DNA of 64,000 nucleotides from Anaerolineae bacterium (GTDB taxonomy: Bacteria > Chloroflexota > Anaerolineae > JAFGEY01). The stretch lies in contig JADHXD010000003.1 of the NCBI GenBank assembly GCA_016783145.1, positions 6,437-70,436 on the forward strand. Reading direction: 5' to 3'. The position numbers and the translations under genes were made by a program. Within the stretch, counting starts at the first letter, position 1. Each line of letters opens with the position of its first letter. The notes beneath the pieces were generated by a model. The model worked only from the letters and a program-made list of their open reading frames with translations, searched no databases and was not told where the DNA came from. Of the stretch, positions 59,797 through 64,000 are shown in pieces.

Positions 59797-61991
59797 CCAC
59801 AGAGACGGTCCTGCGAGGCGACGCACAAGAGACGACGATCTCGCGTGAGATCTGGCAGCGCGTGCTGCCTCATCTCACCTGTCTCCAGCGCGTGCTGGAA
59901 GAATTGACGGCCGTTTTCCAGTGCCATCTGGACCTGACGTCCTTCAACCTGTACCTGCTCGATCAGGAGGCCCAAGTCCTCCGATCGGTGGCTTTGTGGA
60001 ATGCAGGACCGTTCAGCAGTGAGACGATCTCTGTTGGAGAGAGCGTTTGCGGGCAGGTCGCCCAGACCGGTGTCCTGCGCAGCATTCCCGACGTCACAAA
60101 GGATCCTGAAGCGGCTGGCGCTGTTTCTGCGCAGGCGCGCTCGGAGCTGGTGGTTCCGCTCGCGGTCGGCGATCAGATCCTCGGCGTGGTTGATCTGACA
60201 CGCGGACAGCCCAACGCCTTTTCCAGGGAGGATGAGGACCTGATCACCTCCATTGCCGGACAGGTTGCCAGCGCGCTCGGTTATGCGTTGCGCTATGCCA
60301 AGCTAGAAGAGGCGGTGCAAGAGTCAGAGCAGCAGGCCGAAGCGCAAACGCGAGAGATACGCGCCGAGCGCGATCGAGCCAGCTTTCTCTACCAGGTGAC
60401 CCAGGAGATGACGTCCACCCTGGAGCTGGAACGCGTTCTAAACCGGACGCTGGCCCGAGTCAGCCAAGCGCTGGGAGTCCAGCAAGCGTCGATCATGCTG
60501 CTCGATGCAAGTTCGGGACGCTTGATCTACCGGGCGGCGCTGGGACGCCCTATCGCGCTACCGGAGGGCGGCAAGCAGACGCGCTACAGGCGCGGCCTCG
60601 GGCTGGCTGGATGGGTGCTGGAACACAACGAGTGCGTGATCATCAACGGTCTCGATCAAGACTCGAGATGGGACACCGATCCCAAGCAGAGAGGACAGAG
60701 CCAGTCGGCATTGGCGATACCGCTGAGCGCCGAAGGCGACGTCCTGGGGGTGATGCTGCTTTTTCACCCCGAACCGAACTACTTTTGCGAGGACCACATC
60801 CAACTGGCGACCGCAGCGGCAAACCACATCACCGTCGCCGTCACGAACACCGAGCTGTACAGGTTGATCAGGGAGCAGGCCGCAAGATTGGGGCAGATGT
60901 TGCGCGAGCAGCGCAGTATTGCTTCTCAGAGCATGGCCATCTTGGCGTCCATTGCCGACGGCGTGGTCGTCACCGACGAGAGCGGCACAATCACCCTGGT
61001 CAACGATGCCGTACGGCGCGTGGTTCGCGGCACAAACCGAGATCTGGTCGGATGCCCGATCTCTGAGGTGTTCCGCGGTTTTTCAGGGCAGGCACAGGAA
61101 GCCGTGCAACAAGCCATGATCGAGGTCACAGAGCAGCTTGAGGACCACGAACAGGAGGCATTCGTTCCCGTATCCGTGAAATTGGCCCGGGAAAAGCAGG
61201 TCATCCAGGCGTCTCTTATGAGGATGGTCGATGAGGGGCAGCAGTCCACGGGCACGGTGATCGTCCTTCGCGACGTGACGCACGAGCAAGAGATCGAGCG
61301 CGCGAAGAACGATATCATCTCGATCGTCGCGCACGAACTGCGCATGCCCATGACCTCGATCAGAGGGTATACGGATCTGATGCTGCAAGGGGCGATGGGA
61401 ACACTGACCGAGGGCCAACAGCACTTTCTGAGCGTCGTCAAGTCCAATGTCAATCGACTGTCCCAGCTCATCAGCGACCTGCTCGATATCACGCGTATCG
61501 AGGCCGGAAGCGTCGAGCTAGAGCTCGTTCCGCTGCAACTGGCAGAGATCGTGCCTGAGGTCTGCGAGAGCGTCGCCGAAGCGGTAGAGGAACGGGGCCT
61601 GACGCTCAACGTCGACGTGACGACGCCGCTCCCGATCGTGCGTGCCGACCGGAATCGCATCATCCAGGTCCTCGTCAACCTGTTGAGCAACGCTTACCGG
61701 TACACGCCTCCCGGTGGTTCGATCCAGGTGTCCGTTCGTCCACTGGGGAATACCGTACTGGTCCAGATCGCAGACACCGGCATTGGGATTGCCAAGGAAG
61801 ATCAGAGGAAGGTATTCGAGCGGTTCTACCGAGTCGATCACGATCTCGTCAAGAAAGAGTCGGGCACGGGGTTGGGTCTGTCCATTGTGAAATCGCTGAT
61901 AGAGCTGCACGGCGGAAGGTTGTGGCTCGAGAGCGAACTGGGACGGGGAAGCACATTCAGCTTTGCGCTTCCTCTAGCAACTGAACGCTAG
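59793..61991 (+). CDS. Sensor histidine kinase (GAF-GAF-PAS-HisKA-HATPase)
   Basis: AHELRMPM, NAYRY, DTGIGI, GTGLGL. Confidence 0.92.
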   Translation: MTTETVLRGDAQETTISREIWQRVLPHLTCLQRVLEELTAVFQCHLDLTSFNLYLLDQEAQVLRSVALWNAGPFSSETISVGESVCGQVAQTGVLRSIPDVTKDPEAAGAVSAQARSELVVPLAVGDQILGVVDLTRGQPNAFSREDEDLITSIAGQVASALGYALRYAKLEEAVQESEQQAEAQTREIRAERDRASFLYQVTQEMTSTLELERVLNRTLARVSQALGVQQASIMLLDASSGRLIYRAALGRPIALPEGGKQTRYRRGLGLAGWVLEHNECVIINGLDQDSRWDTDPKQRGQSQSALAIPLSAEGDVLGVMLLFHPEPNYFCEDHIQLATAAANHITVAVTNTELYRLIREQAARLGQMLREQRSIASQSMAILASIADGVVVTDESGTITLVNDAVRRVVRGTNRDLVGCPISEVFRGFSGQAQEAVQQAMIEVTEQLEDHEQEAFVPVSVKLAREKQVIQASLMRMVDEGQQSTGTVIVLRDVTHEQEIERAKNDIISIVAHELRMPMTSIRGYTDLMLQGAMGTLTEGQQHFLSVVKSNVNRLSQLISDLLDITRIEAGSVELELVPLQLAEIVPEVCESVAEAVEERGLTLNVDVTTPLPIVRADRNRIIQVLVNLLSNAYRYTPPGGSIQVSVRPLGNTVLVQIADTGIGIAKEDQRKVFERFYRVDHDLVKKESGTGLGLSIVKSLIELHGGRLWLESELGRGSTFSFALPLATER

Positions 61992-62036
61992 GGATCGCAG
62001 GTGGGCTTGTACGCAGATCGGATGATAGGTGGTGAA

Positions 62037-62417
62037 ATGGCTAAAATACTGATTGCCGAGGACGAGAAAGACATTCGAGAACTGATCGTTTTCAGCCTAA
62101 CCTTTGCTGGCTTTGAAGTGGTCTCTGCCATCGACGGGATAGAAGCGGTTGAAAAGACGCTGCAGACCAAGCCAGACCTGATTATGATGGACGTCCGCAT
62201 GCCAAGGATGACAGGGTATGAAGCGTGTGCAAGGTTGAAGGCGAACGAGAAGACCAAGCACATCCCTGTGATCATGCTGTCGGCCAAAGGTCAAGAGTCC
62301 GAGATCCAGACAGGCCTGGATGTAGGTGCGTACGAATACATCCTCAAGCCCTTTGCGCCCGACGAACTCATCCAACGAGTGAAAGACATCCTAGACCTCT
62401 TGCCTGAAAGGGAGTGA
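62037..62417 (+). CDS. Single-domain (CheY-like) response regulator
   Basis: MAKILIAEDE, MDVRMP, LSAKG, KPF. Confidence 0.93.
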   Translation: MAKILIAEDEKDIRELIVFSLTFAGFEVVSAIDGIEAVEKTLQTKPDLIMMDVRMPRMTGYEACARLKANEKTKHIPVIMLSAKGQESEIQTGLDVGAYEYILKPFAPDELIQRVKDILDLLPERE

Positions 62418-62455
62418 ACGATTTCTACCGTCCTGAACTGTGCTGAGGTTGTGGT

Positions 62456-63244
62456 ATGAGCGCCCTGGTCCTGGACAATGGCGTCGTACACTATGAATAC
62501 TTTGGGCGAGGCCGTCCGCTGATATTCATCCACGGCTGGCTGGGCTCGTGGAGGTATTGGGTGCCGACAATGGACGCGCTGTCCGAAGACCGCCGCGTCT
62601 ACGCCTTCGATCTCTGGGGGTTTGGCGACTCGGACAAGTCAAGGCCCCGGTACGATGTGGCCGACTATGTTCGTTTGCTGCACCGGTTTATCGATGAGCT
62701 CGGCATCTTTGGCCCAGTCCCACTGGTGGGTCACGCACTCGGTGCTGCAGTGGCGGTGTCCTTTGCCAGGGAACATCCCGAGTACATCGATCGGGTCATG
62801 GCCGTCAGCCTGCCATTGACTGGAGAATCGATCAACCAGCGGTTCCTGTCTGGTGGGGGTTCTCTCTTTGACCGCGTGTTGGGTCGCTCTCCTATTGCTG
62901 GCTATGCCGATGTGGAAAAGGAAGCCAGCCGGACCGCGCCCGACGCCATTCAGCAAAGCGTCAAATCCGTTATGGGGATGGATATGCGTCCTATACTGAA
63001 CGCTCTCAGCGTGCCCCTGCTGATGCTGTATGGCCAGAACGACAACGTCGTCCTCCCTGCAGACGCCAGCGCGCTCAATGGGGCGGGAGAGATGGTGCGC
63101 CTTTTGTCGATGCCCGAGGCCCGGCATTTTCCTATGCTCGACCGAAGCAGTCAATTCAACCGCCTGCTGCTCGACTTTTTGAATTCGCCAGAGGATCTGA
63201 GCGATCTGGAGTTGAAGGACGAGTGGCAGCGACGAATCCGGTGA
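62456..63244 (+). CDS. Alpha/beta hydrolase-fold protein lacking the nucleophile (GHALG)
   Basis: IHGW, GFGDS, GHALGA in place of GHSxG, GQND, RHFPM; paralog of 46199..46993. Confidence 0.88.
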   Translation: MSALVLDNGVVHYEYFGRGRPLIFIHGWLGSWRYWVPTMDALSEDRRVYAFDLWGFGDSDKSRPRYDVADYVRLLHRFIDELGIFGPVPLVGHALGAAVAVSFAREHPEYIDRVMAVSLPLTGESINQRFLSGGGSLFDRVLGRSPIAGYADVEKEASRTAPDAIQQSVKSVMGMDMRPILNALSVPLLMLYGQNDNVVLPADASALNGAGEMVRLLSMPEARHFPMLDRSSQFNRLLLDFLNSPEDLSDLELKDEWQRRIR

Positions 63245-63269
63245 ACCCCACCCCCTACAATCCTTCTCC

Positions 63270-64000
63270 TCAGTGAATCGGTTCGACCCGATACAGCCTC
63301 GCAGGCAGCGGAAGGTTTCCTCCCCCCAACGCAAAGTATGGCAGATCGAGCGTCTGGATCAGCTCAAGCGCATAGTCACGTTCCAGGCGCGCGAGCACGG
63401 GTCGCATCTCCTCCCCATCGTCCAACACGTAGAAAGGGGTCCCACGGGCCAGCAGCCCATCGACCCACAGCCGCAGCTCGTCCTCTGTCCACGGCGCAGG
63501 GTGGACGGCCCCGCGCCCGGAGTGCAACTCGATCGCGCCGCCGTTGAGCATGCTGCCGACCACCGCACCATCCGGCAGGAGGTCGCTGAGGGCCGCAAAG
63601 CTCCGGTATTGGCTCGCGCTGATGTGCCCAAAGGTGGTCACGTCATCTCGCCAGGGCAGGGCCAGGGTCCGGTAGGATCGTGCAAAGAGAAGCACCAGGC
63701 AGCACGTGAGCCACAGGGCCGAGGACACGGTGCGCCGCCCCTGACCGTGTCGCCAGGCGACGACGAACCCATATGCCGCACACAGGTAGAGCACGGGCAG
63801 AATGGCGATCAGATCGCGGGGACGAAGGGCCGCGTAGCAGAGGTGAAAGAGCAAGACTGCCCCGAATCCAGATGCCAGCACCAGGGCCGGGCGACGCTTC
63901 TCTCGCCAGAGCAGCCATGCGCCGTACACGGCGAATGGGGTCATGAACCCAACCTCCTCGCGCCTCAAGATCCCCTGCTGAAGGACGGCGAAAAAGGAGC
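63270..64000 (-). CDS. 3' part of a polytopic membrane protein, possibly a GT-C/PMT-like glycosyltransferase; truncated by the window edge
   Basis: Frame open to the window end; several TM helices followed by a soluble C-terminal domain. Confidence 0.6.
   Translation of the reverse strand, partial: SFFAVLQQGILRREEVGFMTPFAVYGAWLLWREKRRPALVLASGFGAVLLFHLCYAALRPRDLIAILPVLYLCAAYGFVVAWRHGQGRRTVSSALWLTCCLVLLFARSYRTLALPWRDDVTTFGHISASQYRSFAALSDLLPDGAVVGSMLNGGAIELHSGRGAVHPAPWTEDELRLWVDGLLARGTPFYVLDDGEEMRPVLARLERDYALELIQTLDLPYFALGGGNLPLPARLYRVEPIH

Overview
GC-rich bacterial chromosomal window. Gene content (NBR1-Ig-like lipoprotein, multi-GAF kinases, DUF4388/V4R proteins) suggests Chloroflexota, probably Anaerolineae; this is inference. 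It carries housekeeping genes (nadD, rplI, rodZ-like, rimO, pfkA, dnaE, rsfS) and a minus-strand shikimate/Phe/Tyr cluster of about 13 kb (aroH-pheA-aldolase-aroF-tyrA-aroA-tyrS-aroE-aroC, then GNAT-AKR-aroKB-aroQ). That cluster is preceded by a 48-aa Phe/Tyr-rich leader peptide and terminator, absent from the ORF track, which looks like a ribosome-mediated attenuator. Other notable elements: (i) an 18.5-kb signalling cluster (DUF4388, MglA-like GTPase, active alpha/beta-hydrolase, V4R, LbH protein, REC-degenerate GGDEF, multi-GAF kinases, response regulator, Ser->Ala pseudo-hydrolase); (ii) a translationally coupled pair of STAND-like NTPases, one membrane-anchored and one fused to a CHAT/caspase-like protease; (iii) a divergent ~170-nt structured transcript with a sequestered Shine-Dalgarno and a 17-aa ORF; (iv) a 120-bp MITE with an 11-bp target-site duplication; (v) REP-like palindromes and tandem repeats; (vi) two genes with apparent in-frame internal deletions. 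No rRNA, tRNA or CRISPR array was seen. All protein assignments come from motif recognition by eye, not database searches.
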